The position numbers and the translations under genes are program-made. Under the pieces are notes generated by a model. The model saw only the letters and a program-made list of their open reading frames with translations. It had not been told where the DNA came from and searched no databases. A stretch of 64,000 nt of DNA from an uncultured Rhodospirillales bacterium (GTDB lineage: Bacteria; Pseudomonadota; Alphaproteobacteria; CAZRBL01): NCBI GenBank assembly GCA_964598335.1, contig CAZRBL010000008.1, positions 3,343 to 67,342 on the forward strand. The letters run 5' to 3'. This document shows, piece by piece, positions 31,049 to 41,718 of the stretch. Each line of letters opens with the position of its first letter. The stretch's first letter is position 1.

Positions 31049-32791
31049 ATGCATCACGCCGTCGGCTGGATCGAGAGCGCGCTGGTGGTGATAGCCGCTG
31101 CGGTCATCATTGTTCCGCTGGTGCAAAAGCTCAAATTCAGCCCGGTTCTCGGCTATCTGATCGCCGGTATCCTGATCGGGCCGCACGCCCTCAACCTGAT
31201 CCAGGAGAGCAAGACGCAGGAGCAGCTTGCCGAGATCGGCGTGGTCTTCCTGCTGTTCACGCTCGGACTCGAGCTGTCGGTCGAGCGCTTGCGGGCATTA
31301 CGCGGCTATATCTTCGGCCTCGGCGCTGCCCAGGTCGGGCTGACGGCGCTGATCTTCTACGGTTTCATGCGCTTTCTCGGCCTTGAATCCGATGCCGCCA
31401 TCGTTATCGGCGCCGGTCTCGCCTTGTCCTCAACCGCCGCCGTGATCAATCTGCTGACCGAGCGGCGTGAGATGATCACGCGCATGGGCCGGGTCACCTT
31501 TTCGATCCTGCTGTTCCAGGATTTGGCGGTGGCGCCCTTGCTGGCCCTGGTGCCGCTGCTGGGCCAGGGCGACATGCGGCTGTTCACCGTTGAAGCGGCG
31601 CTGGCGGTCGGGACCGCGCTGGCAGCGCTGGTCGGCATCGTTGTGGTCGGCCGTTTCCTGCTGCGCCCGGCGCTGCGCGCGGTGGCGGTCAGCCAGAACC
31701 GCGAATTGTTCATCGGCATTGTCCTGATGATCGCCCTTGGTACCGGCTGGGCGACGCAGCTTGTCGGGCTATCAATGGCGCTGGGTGCCTTTCTGGCCGG
31801 CTTGATGGTCTCGGAAACCGAATACCGGCATCAGGTCCAGGCCGATATCGAACCTTTTCGCGGCATCCTGCTCGGCCTGTTCTTCATTACCGTCGGGATG
31901 CTGATTGATCTGCCCTTGCTGATCGCTCAGATCGAGCTGGTGCTGCTCGGTGTGGTGCTGTTGATCGGCGGCAAATGGGTCATTCTGTTTGGCCTGTCGC
32001 GGGCCATCGGGCTGCCGGAAACGCTGTCGATACGCGTCGCCTTCAATCTTTGTCAAAGCGGCGAGTTCGCTTTTGCGCTCTTCGCTCTGGCGATTGCGCA
32101 GGGCGTCCTTGCCGCTGACGTCGGCTCGTTGCTGATCGTCATCGTCGCCGTGACCATCGCCGCGACGCCGAGCCTCGCCGGGATAGGTGAGAAAGTGGCG
32201 ACGCGGCTGAGTAAAGCGCGTCATGCGAGTGCAGCGTCGCTGGAAGAGGAGATGGGTGAATTATCGGATCACGTCATCATCGCCGGCTTCGGTCGCGTCG
32301 GCCGGCTGGTTGCGAAAATGATGGCCGACCGGAATGTTCCCTATGTCGCCTTCGAGATCGATCCGGCACAGGTTGCCGCAGCACGGGCGGATGGCTGGCA
32401 GGTCTATTTCGGCGATGTCAGCCGGGCTGATCTGTTTGAGCGGGCCAATATCAAACAGGCGGCGGCGATAGTGATCACGGTTGATCAGGCGCATACCGCC
32501 CATCGCCTGACCTCACAGCTCCGTCATCATCACCCGAAACTTCATATTGTGGCCCGGGCGGTGGATTTGAAACAGGCGGGCGAGCTGAGCAGTGCCGGTG
32601 CGGATCACATCGTCCTTGAGGCGCTGGAGGCCGGGCTCGAGCTGTCACGTTCCCTGCTCTGTCGCCTCGGCATGGCCGACAGCGAGGTCAGTAAGGCCGT
32701 CGCGCGCATCCGCGAGGAGGAAAACTGGGAGCAGGAAATCAGCACCGAGCATAATGAGGCTGTCGAAGGCTCCAAGCAGCGTGCTGTGTGA
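31049..32791 (+). CDS. CPA2 K+/H+ antiporter (KefB/KefC-like) with TrkA-N domain
   Basis: LGYLIAG, LSSTA, LLFQD, GAFLAG and IIAGFGRVG. Confidence 0.93.
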   Translation: MHHAVGWIESALVVIAAAVIIVPLVQKLKFSPVLGYLIAGILIGPHALNLIQESKTQEQLAEIGVVFLLFTLGLELSVERLRALRGYIFGLGAAQVGLTALIFYGFMRFLGLESDAAIVIGAGLALSSTAAVINLLTERREMITRMGRVTFSILLFQDLAVAPLLALVPLLGQGDMRLFTVEAALAVGTALAALVGIVVVGRFLLRPALRAVAVSQNRELFIGIVLMIALGTGWATQLVGLSMALGAFLAGLMVSETEYRHQVQADIEPFRGILLGLFFITVGMLIDLPLLIAQIELVLLGVVLLIGGKWVILFGLSRAIGLPETLSIRVAFNLCQSGEFAFALFALAIAQGVLAADVGSLLIVIVAVTIAATPSLAGIGEKVATRLSKARHASAASLEEEMGELSDHVIIAGFGRVGRLVAKMMADRNVPYVAFEIDPAQVAAARADGWQVYFGDVSRADLFERANIKQAAAIVITVDQAHTAHRLTSQLRHHHPKLHIVARAVDLKQAGELSSAGADHIVLEALEAGLELSRSLLCRLGMADSEVSKAVARIREEENWEQEISTEHNEAVEGSKQRAV

Positions 32792-32815
32792 TGGCTCCGA
32801 TCCGGCTCGGCACCA

Positions 32816-34261
32816 TCAACTTGTCAGCGTTCGGCGCAGCAATTCGAAGTCCTGGGCCAGAATCTCGTCGGTCTCTTTCAGTTCGTCGATCCGCTTGACG
32901 GCATGCATCACCGTGGTGTGGTCCCGATTGCCGAAATTGCGTCCGATTTCGGGCAGTGAGCGTTCGGTCAGCTGTTTGCACAGATACATGGCGAGCTGGC
33001 GCGGGCGGGCGACCTTTCGTGCACGGCTTTTCGAGAACATGATCGAGATCGGCTGACCGTAATGGGCGGCGACCCGGCGCTGGATTTCCTCTATCCCCGG
33101 GCGCCGGTCGGTCGAGCGCAGCATGTCGGCCAGTGCCTGTTCCGGCATGTCTATGGTGATCGGGCAGCCCATCAACTCGGCATGGGCCACCAACCGGTTC
33201 AACGCGCCTTCCAGCAGGCGAACATTGGAGGTGAATCTGTGGGCGAGAAATTCGAGCACCTGGTCCGGCACGGCGATTTCCAGTCTTTCCGCCTTTGAGC
33301 GGAGAATGCCGAGGCGCAATTCATAGGTCGTCGGGTGAATGTCGGCGACCAGCCCCCAGCCGAGCCTGGATTTCAGGCGCTCCTCCATGCCGTCGAGATC
33401 CGACGGGCTCTTGTCCGCCGAGACGATAACCTGCCGGTTCTGATCGACCAGCGCGTTGAAGGTGTGGAAAAACTCTTCCTGGGTGCTTTCCTTGCCGCCG
33501 ATAAACTGGATGTCGTCGATCATCAAAACATCGACCGAGCGGAATTGCTCCTTGAAGGAGACGGTATCCTTGTACTGCACGGCGCGCACGAACTGATACA
33601 TGAACTTTTCAGCCGAAACATACATCACCCGCTTGTCCGGACGACGTTCGCGCAGGCGCCAGGCGATGGCATGCATGAGGTGGGTCTTGCCGAGCCCGAC
33701 GCCGCCATAGAGGAAGAGCGGGTTGAAGGGTACCTTGTCTGATTCGGAGACCCGGTGTGCTGCGGCATAGGCGAGCTGGTTCGGACTGCCGACGACGAAA
33801 TTTTCGAACGTGAAGCGCTGATCCAGCGCGCCGGATGAAATCGCGTCGAATCCCAGCGGGGCGCTATCGCTGCCTGTGGGGCCGGTCGGTCGGCTTTGCG
33901 GTTTTGCCTTTGGCGCCACCTCGATTGGCGCGACCTCGATTGCCGCGCCGTTCTGGAGGCCTTTTCCGATCTCGATTTCGATGGCGCTGAATGACGGGTT
34001 AATTCGCGCCCACAGATCCCTGATGCGGTCGGCATAATGGATCGTCACCCAGTCGCGAAGCGAACGGCTCGGAACGGCAAAGCGCAGCACGGTATCATCG
34101 ACGCCCACCAGGGTCAGCGGTCGGATCCAGCTGCCGAAGGCGGCGTCACCGATCTCGCTGCGCAGGTCTTCCTGGACGCTGTCCCATTCACGTGTGAGCT
34201 GCTCGCCGATTTGCGGTTCCGCGGTAATCTCGGGGGAAGCTGCTCTTACGTGCCGTGCCAT
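32816..34261 (-). CDS. dnaA: Chromosomal replication initiator
   Basis: [31 protein letters not shown] and RDHTTVMHA. Confidence 0.98.
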   Translation of the reverse strand: MARHVRAASPEITAEPQIGEQLTREWDSVQEDLRSEIGDAAFGSWIRPLTLVGVDDTVLRFAVPSRSLRDWVTIHYADRIRDLWARINPSFSAIEIEIGKGLQNGAAIEVAPIEVAPKAKPQSRPTGPTGSDSAPLGFDAISSGALDQRFTFENFVVGSPNQLAYAAAHRVSESDKVPFNPLFLYGGVGLGKTHLMHAIAWRLRERRPDKRVMYVSAEKFMYQFVRAVQYKDTVSFKEQFRSVDVLMIDDIQFIGGKESTQEEFFHTFNALVDQNRQVIVSADKSPSDLDGMEERLKSRLGWGLVADIHPTTYELRLGILRSKAERLEIAVPDQVLEFLAHRFTSNVRLLEGALNRLVAHAELMGCPITIDMPEQALADMLRSTDRRPGIEEIQRRVAAHYGQPISIMFSKSRARKVARPRQLAMYLCKQLTERSLPEIGRNFGNRDHTTVMHAVKRIDELKETDEILAQDFELLRRTLTS

Positions 34262-34863
34262 CTGTTTTCCTGATTTCCTAAAGTTTCTCTATCTATGCCG
34301 TAACTTTGAACCGCCGTTTCCAGCTAGATCGAAACGGCGACGCCGTCGCCAAACTATGCCGTGCCACTCACGCTGTGCGGCGCTTGTCCAGTTCTGGGGC
34401 CTGTTCAGACGACGTGCCTTTTCGGCCGCCGAAAAGCTCCATCAGACCGCTTTATGCTTCCACCCTTCGGGCGCGCTGCACCTCCAGTCATCCATGCCTG
34501 TTGCAGGGCGCTGAAACGGTGTCTCCACCGCCTGCTCAGCCTCAAAACCGCGACCCATGCCCCGAATAACGCATATCGCGCTATCGTCGAATGATGACCA
34601 AAGGGACTTCGGTGCCGCTTGGGACGCATGGGTATCGTCCACCCCGGCCGGCTGTCCTGCAATCCAATGAAGCCAGACTAGACCGCTGGTCTTAAATCAC
34701 GCAACTGGACTGAAAGCAGAACATCGGAAATTTTTATCCGATATTAAAAGAGGGTGAAATAACAGGCATCATCCGCCGGGTTTTACTCGGTGGATAACTA
34801 TCTGAATACTTGGTGGATTAAATTCGGCCCCTGGAACCAAGAGCCGCAGTGCTGTTGGGGAAT

Positions 34864-35127
34864 CTAGGCTATTGCCTTGATCCGGTGCGACAGGCGCGAA
34901 ATCTTCCGCGCCGCCGTCTTCTTGTGCATAACCCCGCGCGCAACACCCCGATGGATCTCGGGCTGTGCGGCCTGCAATGCTGACTTTGCATTGCTCGCGT
35001 CGCCCTCGGCAATTGCGAGTTCGACATTCTTGATCAGCGTACGAATACGACTGACGCGTGCACGATTGACCGCCGTGCGTTTGACGGTCTGACGAATGCG
35101 TTTCTGGGCAGATTTGTGATGCGCCAT
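34864..35127 (-). CDS. rpsT: 30S ribosomal protein S20
   Basis: [13 protein letters not shown]...[12 protein letters not shown]. Confidence 0.97.
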   Translation of the reverse strand: MAHHKSAQKRIRQTVKRTAVNRARVSRIRTLIKNVELAIAEGDASNAKSALQAAQPEIHRGVARGVMHKKTAARKISRLSHRIKAIA

Positions 35128-35292
35128 GGTAAGCTCTATCCGAATTTTTTGATTTGTTTTTTGTCGCCGGACAAGCCGATATTAGTAAGGATGGCGGCGT
35201 CCGATGTCAATGAAAAAAGCGTTTCGTTCACGGCTGGGCCGGGGGAAAATTGCCGGTCCGAGAAGCCGGCAGGCATAAGTGTCTGAGCTGCC

Positions 35293-36066
35293 TTATTGAT
35301 CCTGAAAATTCGCCTCTCGCTTGTCGATGAAGGCCCGCATGCCTTCCTTCTGATCCTGGGTGGCGAAGGTTGTGTGGAACATGCGTCTTTCGAATCGCAG
35401 ACCATGTTCCAGCGGCGTTTCAAAGGCCGCATCGACACACTCCTTGGCCATCATCACTGCGGGCAGCGATAGCTTGGCAATCTCTTGCGCGACCGACAGG
35501 GCTTCATCGACCAGATCGTTCGCCGGGACGACGCGGCTGACGAGGCCGGCGCGCTCTGCCTCCTCCGCATCGATCACGCGGCCGGTCAGGATCATTTCCA
35601 TTGCCTTCGCCTTGCCGACCGCGCGCACCAGGCGCTGGGTACCGCCGGCACCCGGAATGATACCGAGCTTGATTTCCGGCTGGCCGAATTTGGCGTTGTC
35701 GCCGGCGATGATGAAATCACACATCATGGCCAGCTCGCAGCCGCCCCCGAGCGCCCATCCGGCGACCGCGGCGATCACCGGTTTGCGGGCGTCGGCGACC
35801 TTGTGCCAATGGGCCAGAAAATCGGCGGTGTAGCTGGTCGGAAAGCTCTGATCGATCATCTCCTTGATGTCGGCGCCGGCGGCAAAGGCCTTCTCACTGC
35901 CGGTAATGACGATGGCCTTGATCGCATCGTCCTTCTCAAAGCCCAACAGCGCGTCATTCAGCTCTGAGGTCAGCTGATCGCAAAGCGCATTCAATGCCTC
36001 AGGCCGGTTCAGTCGAATCAGCGCAGCATGGCCATGCGTCTCGGTGTCGATCATTTCATACGCCAT
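35293..36066 (-). CDS. Enoyl-CoA hydratase
   Basis: [28 protein letters not shown] and GQPEI motifs; conserved mutM-ech-rpsT context. Confidence 0.93.
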   Translation of the reverse strand: MAYEMIDTETHGHAALIRLNRPEALNALCDQLTSELNDALLGFEKDDAIKAIVITGSEKAFAAGADIKEMIDQSFPTSYTADFLAHWHKVADARKPVIAAVAGWALGGGCELAMMCDFIIAGDNAKFGQPEIKLGIIPGAGGTQRLVRAVGKAKAMEMILTGRVIDAEEAERAGLVSRVVPANDLVDEALSVAQEIAKLSLPAVMMAKECVDAAFETPLEHGLRFERRMFHTTFATQDQKEGMRAFIDKREANFQDQ

Positions 36067-36157
36067 CGGGGCATCCTGTGAGGCAATGGAGGAGGAGATA
36101 AGGTGGAGATAGGGCGCCGTCTTATCGCATGCTGCGATAAACGCAATGCCGGAAGTG

Positions 36158-36997
36158 TCATCGCTGGCATCCGGGGCAGAAGAAGGTAGACCGGCCGGAT
36201 TGCACAATCCGCCTGATCTGCGACGGGGTGCTGCACCCGCCTGCGAAGCACAGCTCGCCTTCGCGCCCGTAGACAGCGAAATCATGCTGGAAGTAGCCTA
36301 GCTCGCCGGTGGTCTGCACATAATCGCGCAGGCTGCTGCCGCCCGCTGCAATCGCCTCATGCAAGACCTTCTTGATGGCCGGTAACAATCTCTCGGCGCG
36401 GCGGCCCGGTATCGTTCGGGCCGATCGCCGCGGGCTGATGCCGGCGTAAAACAGCGCTTCGCAGACATAAATATTGCCGAGGCCGGCGACGATGCGCTGA
36501 TCCAGCAGCGCTGCCTTGATCGGCGTTCGCTTGCCGCGCAGGGCGTCGGACAGAACCTTGGCGGTAAAGCCGTCATCGAGCGGTTCGGGCCCCAGCGGCG
36601 CGATCCATGGGTGGTCCTGCAGGCTGCCTTTGTCGCTGAGATCGGCCATGCCGAACCGCCGCGCGTCATTAAAGGTGACGCAGGCGCCGTTATCCGCCTC
36701 GAAAATCAGATGATCATGAACTGCGGGCGGCGTGTTGGCGCGGCCCTGGCGGATCACCATGCGCCCGGACATGCCGAGATGCATCAGCAGCACCGTGTCG
36801 TCATCGAGGTCAATCAGGATGTATTTGGCACGGCGATGAATACGCTCGACCTTTCGACCGCTAAGTCGCTCGGCGAAGCCCGGCGGCAGGGGAAACCTCA
36901 GATCGGGGCGGCGTTGCTCGACCCGGATCAGGCGCTGTCCGGTCAATGCGCGCGCGAGGCCGCGGCAGGTGGTTTCGACTTCGGGTAGTTCAGGCAT
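36158..36997 (-). CDS. mutM: Formamidopyrimidine-DNA glycosylase
   Basis: [21 protein letters not shown] and a C-terminal zinc finger (CPGCQR). Confidence 0.97.
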   Translation of the reverse strand: MPELPEVETTCRGLARALTGQRLIRVEQRRPDLRFPLPPGFAERLSGRKVERIHRRAKYILIDLDDDTVLLMHLGMSGRMVIRQGRANTPPAVHDHLIFEADNGACVTFNDARRFGMADLSDKGSLQDHPWIAPLGPEPLDDGFTAKVLSDALRGKRTPIKAALLDQRIVAGLGNIYVCEALFYAGISPRRSARTIPGRRAERLLPAIKKVLHEAIAAGGSSLRDYVQTTGELGYFQHDFAVYGREGELCFAGGCSTPSQIRRIVQSGRSTFFCPGCQR

Positions 36998-37105
36998 GCA
37001 TGATCTCCGGCACCGCGATATGGCGGCAGTCGGCAAGGCTGTCGAGCTTGACGCAAAAACATGCTAGGCGCTGCTGGCAATGCAATTTCACGATCGAGAA
37101 ACACG

Positions 37106-37510
37106 ATGAATACCGCGCAGCGCGCTTTGCTCGACCTCCTGGTGATCGCCGCCGTGGCCGACGGCGAAATCGACGACAGCGAATTGGAAATGATCTCCAG
37201 CTGGGTCCGCTGGCTGCCCGTTTTCCACGGCGTCGACGCCGGGGAAATCAATGAGATCGCCGAGGACTGTGTCGCCTTGCTCGCCGACCCCGAAGGTATT
37301 CCCAAGCTCATGGACCGGACGCAGGACGCCCTGCCGGTCGCGCTTCATGATACCGCCTATTCATTGGTCGTAGAGATCGTCTCCGCGGATTCCGAAGCGA
37401 CACCGACCGAACTCGAATTGCTCAACCTGCTGCGCGAAACCTTGAGCATTGACGATCTCAGCGTCGCGGCAATCCAATATGCCTCCCGCGCCAGGCATCG
37501 TGCCCTTTGA
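37106..37510 (+). CDS. TerB family protein
   Basis: ADGEIDDSE and a second ADSEATPTE motif. Confidence 0.85.
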   Translation: MNTAQRALLDLLVIAAVADGEIDDSELEMISSWVRWLPVFHGVDAGEINEIAEDCVALLADPEGIPKLMDRTQDALPVALHDTAYSLVVEIVSADSEATPTELELLNLLRETLSIDDLSVAAIQYASRARHRAL

Positions 37511-37518
37511 CCGTGCAT

Positions 37519-37577
37519 CAAAACCGCAACAAAACTGTAACAAAATCTTTGACAGCGCTGCTATAGCGATATAATCT
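37519..37577 (+). promoter_or_regulatory. Near-consensus sigma70 promoter with upstream 11-bp tandem repeats
   Basis: TTGACA at 37549-54 followed by TATAAT at 37570 (15-nt spacer) or TAATCT at 37572 (17-nt spacer); CAAAACCGCAA-CAAAACTGTAA-CAAAA immediately upstream. Confidence 0.65.
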
Positions 37578-37615
37578 GCAATGGATTTTCTCAGTCCGAA
37601 CGAGAGCAAGCCGCG

Positions 37616-38581
37616 ATGAATAAGACCCTGTTTTACGATGGCGACCGTAAATTCCAGGCGCTGAGTGATCCGGGCGAGATCGCGCGGGTCGAGGGGCTGC
37701 GGCTGGCGGTCGGGATCATGCGGACAGAGCCGGAATTCGTCTACTTCGGCGGGCCGGTCACCGGCGGCGAAAACGCGCTGCGGATCGCCAAGGAGCGCGG
37801 CTTCGACTCGATTCTCGATGTGAAGTTCAAGCTGAGCCCGGAGGAATTCGTTGCCGAGGTCATCCGGCCCAATGTGCTGGCGGCGCAAACCCGCGAAGCA
37901 ACCTATCGCCGCGACAACCCGGAGCTGAAATCGATTACCCCGGTCGATCTTGAAGAGCAGTATCACAAGATCGCCGGCGGCCAGCTCAACGGCGCGATGA
38001 GCGAGGAAGGTTTCATGGCGTTCTGGTTGCCGACCTTCCAGAAATTGCTCACCGGCTTCCCGGTTCCTGAAGGCTGGGCGTCATCGAACGGGACGACGGA
38101 AGAGGTCATGGAGGCGACCGCCATTCAGGCCGGCTTGCGTGATCGCACCCCGCAATTCGCGCTCGAACATTACGATCCCGACCCGGCCAAGCGCGTGCCG
38201 CTGAGCCTGAATGAGCGGGTCCGCGAGCTGGGCAAGATGGTCGAGGAAAAGCTGTCCCACGATGTTGCCGCCCCGGCGCAGACGACGGCTCTGGCCCGGA
38301 TGTTCGCAATTCATGACATGATCCAGAACAATGAGCTCGGCGTGATCGACGCCAACCTGCTCTATGAGTATGACGCTGCCGATCTCGAGGCGATGAAACA
38401 GAAGTGGAAGCCGATGCTTCTGGATAAGGCCGCGCATACCATGACACTTGACGGTCTTGGTGAGGAATACGCCAGGGCGGCGGAGAAGCTTGCCGCCAAG
38501 GCGAGCCCGAAACCGGCCGCCAAACCGGGCGCCGCGCGCGGTGTCAAAGCGGGCCTCGAGCCCGCTCAGCCGGTTTCCTGA
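37616..38581 (+). CDS. Hypothetical protein with DUF4406/nucleoside deoxyribosyltransferase-like motifs
   Basis: VYFGGPVTGG ... FMAFW ... EGWASSNGTTEE; host-like codon usage. Confidence 0.65.
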   Translation: MNKTLFYDGDRKFQALSDPGEIARVEGLRLAVGIMRTEPEFVYFGGPVTGGENALRIAKERGFDSILDVKFKLSPEEFVAEVIRPNVLAAQTREATYRRDNPELKSITPVDLEEQYHKIAGGQLNGAMSEEGFMAFWLPTFQKLLTGFPVPEGWASSNGTTEEVMEATAIQAGLRDRTPQFALEHYDPDPAKRVPLSLNERVRELGKMVEEKLSHDVAAPAQTTALARMFAIHDMIQNNELGVIDANLLYEYDAADLEAMKQKWKPMLLDKAAHTMTLDGLGEEYARAAEKLAAKASPKPAAKPGAARGVKAGLEPAQPVS

Positions 38582-38604
38582 AGCGAAGGGACAGGCCGAT
38601 AACG

Positions 38605-38862
38605 ATGACCGATAGCCATCACAATGCCGTGCTCGACCAGTCCATCGACGCCGTGACCCTGTCGATCCCGCAAACGCCGGACGGTGGACCGCCGCTGCTG
38701 ACGGTTGCGCTTGCCGGTCTGGCGCTGCGTATGGCGGCGGGCGCCGATACGGGGTTCGAGCAGATGCGGCGGGCCTTGGAACAAAGCACCCGGTTCGACC
38801 GCAGGCGCTTTGCAAGGCTGCTGGAAAACAACGAACCCGGCGAGCATACGCTCTGGCACTAG
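38605..38862 (+). CDS. Small hypothetical protein
   Basis: 85 aa, starts 23 nt after the upstream stop; stop overlaps the convergent GT4 stop. Confidence 0.55.
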   Translation: MTDSHHNAVLDQSIDAVTLSIPQTPDGGPPLLTVALAGLALRMAAGADTGFEQMRRALEQSTRFDRRRFARLLENNEPGEHTLWH

Positions 38863-40028
38863 GCCCGGGCGCTGCTGTCAGCGATCAGCTTCTCGGCGAT
38901 GGCTATGACCCGTGCGGCATTGGCCTCCCAGGTAAGCTGCTTCTGTTCTATCGTGGCGCGCGCCGCACTGCTCAGCCGCTGACGCAGCGCCTGATCCTGA
39001 CACAACCGGTCGAGCGCGATTTCCATCGCATCGGGCGCGTCAGGGTTGAACAGTACGGCGTTATGCTCGTGGGTCAGAATTTCCCGGATATTCGGTCGGT
39101 CGGGCGCGATCACCGCACAGCCCAGTGAGAGATATTCAAACAGCTTCAGCGGTGAGGCGTAATCCGTGACATCTGGCTGCAGGGCGATGTCGAATGCGGC
39201 GACGTGTTCGCCGATCTCATCGCGCGGAACCAGACCGGTGAAGATCACGCGGTCGCTGATCCCCAGCGCAGCGGCCTGTTTTTCGAGATCCCGCCGCACC
39301 GGGCCGTCGCCGACCGCGAGCAGGGCGAGGTTAGCCGGCATTTCCGGCCCGGCGATCAATTCGATGACCCGGTCCAATCCATGCCAGGCCCGCATGAAGC
39401 CGGTAAAACCCAGCACAATCTTTGCTTCCAGCCCATAGCGCCTGACCACCGCCCTGCCATCTGGCGGGTGGTCATGAATCTCCTGCCTGATCGCATTCGG
39501 GATGACGGTCATGGGCACGTTGTCCCCGACCCTGTCCCTGATCCGGTCGGCAAGCACCATGGTAACCGGCAGAAGGGCACCGGCTTCGCTCCACGCCTTG
39601 TTTTCGGACCAGCGCGCGAGAAACGGCAGGCCGAGGCCGTCATAGCGTCGGCGTTCCTCGTAAAGCGGCGCATTGACCTCGAGCAGATAGGGCAGGCCGG
39701 TGCGTTGTTTCAGCCAGGCGGCGGCGGGGTAGTATATGTTATAGCGCTCATAGACGATGTCCGGTTGAAACGCCTTGGCTGCAGCCGTGAGACGCCGCAT
39801 GCACAGCCAGGCATGGCACAGTTCCATGACCTCAAGCACGGCTTTCGGCAGGACCCGGCGGAGCAGCGAAACCAGCCCCGATGATTTTCCGAAACCGGCG
39901 CTTTGGTCGATGTCGGGGCCGACCATCCGCACCTCATGCCCCGCGCGTTCGAGCGCGCCGACAAGCTCGCGGATATGCACCGCTGAACCGTCCGCCGCCT
40001 GGGTGCGATGGCTATACAAGATGCGCAT
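38859..40028 (-). CDS. Glycosyltransferase family 4
   Basis: YERY, LEVNAP, GFTG...WHGL and SPLKLFEY. Confidence 0.92.
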   Translation of the reverse strand: MRILYSHRTQAADGSAVHIRELVGALERAGHEVRMVGPDIDQSAGFGKSSGLVSLLRRVLPKAVLEVMELCHAWLCMRRLTAAAKAFQPDIVYERYNIYYPAAAWLKQRTGLPYLLEVNAPLYEERRRYDGLGLPFLARWSENKAWSEAGALLPVTMVLADRIRDRVGDNVPMTVIPNAIRQEIHDHPPDGRAVVRRYGLEAKIVLGFTGFMRAWHGLDRVIELIAGPEMPANLALLAVGDGPVRRDLEKQAAALGISDRVIFTGLVPRDEIGEHVAAFDIALQPDVTDYASPLKLFEYLSLGCAVIAPDRPNIREILTHEHNAVLFNPDAPDAMEIALDRLCQDQALRQRLSSAARATIEQKQLTWEANAARVIAIAEKLIADSSARA

Positions 40029-40270
40029 CAGCCCGTGCCGGACAGGTCGGCTTCAAGGGCCGCCTTGCGCGCCCGATAATCGGCCTCCGGAATCAGCCCC
40101 CGCCGATACAAAGCTTCCAGCGCAAACAGCGCGCGCTGCGGGTCGTCGGCCGCTTCGCCCTCAATCCCGCTCTCGGTATCGGCCACTCCCGAGGAGGCGG
40201 CCGGCCGGGTAAACAGCTTGCCTTCTTCGTTCCGTCGGGATTTCTTAGCCATGGCTGCTATGTTGCTCAT
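40028..40270 (-). CDS. Small protein with SHOCT-like C-terminus
   Basis: LEALYRRGLIPEADYRARKAAL; translationally coupled to GT4. Confidence 0.65.
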   Translation of the reverse strand: MSNIAAMAKKSRRNEEGKLFTRPAASSGVADTESGIEGEAADDPQRALFALEALYRRGLIPEADYRARKAALEADLSGTG

Positions 40271-40329
40271 GGCGGCCTATCAAACAAGCCGGGAGTTTCG
40301 CCATTTCTACCGCAGCCGAAGCCGTCATC

Positions 40330-41718
40330 ATGCCGGTCGCCGCCAATGCAGCCGAGAGGCTGGCGACCTATACCGCCGAATTTGATCTGGATCACGTACC
40401 GCAGGAGGTGATTGCGGCAGCAAAGCGCTGTCTTCTCGACGCGATCGGAATCGGACTTGCCAGCACCGGCACTGATTACGGGCGGAGTCTTGCCAATGCT
40501 CTGTCCGAGATCGGCGGCTTCGGCCGCTTCCCCGTTTTGGGCAGCGATTTGACGCTGAGCCAGCGCGATGCGGCGCATCTCAACGGCACGCTGATCCACG
40601 GACTCGATTATGACGACACCCATTCCGAGGCGATCGTGCATTCCAGCGCCTCGGCGGTGCCGACCATGTTGTCGGCCGGGCTCGCTGCGGGCGCGACCGG
40701 AAGCCAGGCGATAGCGGCGTTTATCATCGCGTCGGAAATCGCCTGTCGGATCGGCGCGGCGGTCAGCGGCGGAGTCCATCGCCGCGGCTTTCACCCGACG
40801 GCGATTTGCGGCGCTTTCGGCAGCGCCATGGCAAGCGGCTATCTCAACCGGCTAAGCCCGGCGCAGCTTGTCTCTGCTCAGGGGATCGTGTTGTCCAAGG
40901 CGTCCGGGAGCCTGCAATTCCTTGATGACGGTGCCTGGACCAAACGCAACCACCCCGGCTGGGCCAGCGTTTGCGGCCAAACCGCGGCGGCGATGGCCAA
41001 ACATGGCTATTTCGGCCCGCAGGAACCTTATGGCGGGCGCTTCGGCCTGTTCGCGCTATTTGCCGCCCAGGATGTTCCGCATGATTATGAGCGCCTCGCC
41101 GGCGGCTTGGGCGAGCGCTGGGAAATTCCGGGCATCGCCTTCAAGCCCTATCCCGCCTGCCATATGACGCATGCCTATGCTGACGCGATGCTGGCGCTGG
41201 CCGAGGCGCATCGACTGACTCCAGCCCAGGTCAAGCGGATCACGCTGTATATCCATCCTGGTGAGATTCCGGTCATCGCCGAGCCGGTTGCGAGCAAGCG
41301 ACGGCCGCAAAACGCCTATGATGCGCAGTTCAGCGCCGCCTATGTCGCCGCCACGGCGCTGAGCAAAGGCCGGTTCACACTGGCCGATCTCGAGCCGGAC
41401 GCGCTCGCCGATCCGGAGGTGCTGGGTCTATGCGCCCTAACCGACCATGAAGCGGATCCGGAGCTGCCCTATCCGAAATATTTTCCCGGCCGGGTGACCG
41501 TCGAGACCGTCGATGGTCGCGAACTCGATCATCTTGAGCGGATCAATCTCGGCGCTGCCGAAAAACCGCTCAGCGATGCGGATATCGATAGCAAATTTCG
41601 CGATAATGCAGCTCGTGCGCTATCTGCCGAACAAGCCGAGCAATTGCGCGAGGTGATCCTGACCCTGGAAGATCAGCCGGACCTCTCAAGCCTGGCCAAA
41701 GCGATCCGTCCGGCATGA
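40330..41718 (+). CDS. MmgE/PrpD family protein
   Basis: HGLDYDDTH, GFHPT and FKPYPACH. Confidence 0.92.
   Translation: MPVAANAAERLATYTAEFDLDHVPQEVIAAAKRCLLDAIGIGLASTGTDYGRSLANALSEIGGFGRFPVLGSDLTLSQRDAAHLNGTLIHGLDYDDTHSEAIVHSSASAVPTMLSAGLAAGATGSQAIAAFIIASEIACRIGAAVSGGVHRRGFHPTAICGAFGSAMASGYLNRLSPAQLVSAQGIVLSKASGSLQFLDDGAWTKRNHPGWASVCGQTAAAMAKHGYFGPQEPYGGRFGLFALFAAQDVPHDYERLAGGLGERWEIPGIAFKPYPACHMTHAYADAMLALAEAHRLTPAQVKRITLYIHPGEIPVIAEPVASKRRPQNAYDAQFSAAYVAATALSKGRFTLADLEPDALADPEVLGLCALTDHEADPELPYPKYFPGRVTVETVDGRELDHLERINLGAAEKPLSDADIDSKFRDNAARALSAEQAEQLREVILTLEDQPDLSSLAKAIRPA

Noticed and set aside
37106-38862. Full Ter stress/defence island
   Set aside because: Only a lone terB is present, with no terA/C/D/Z; single TerB genes are common in alphaproteobacteria.
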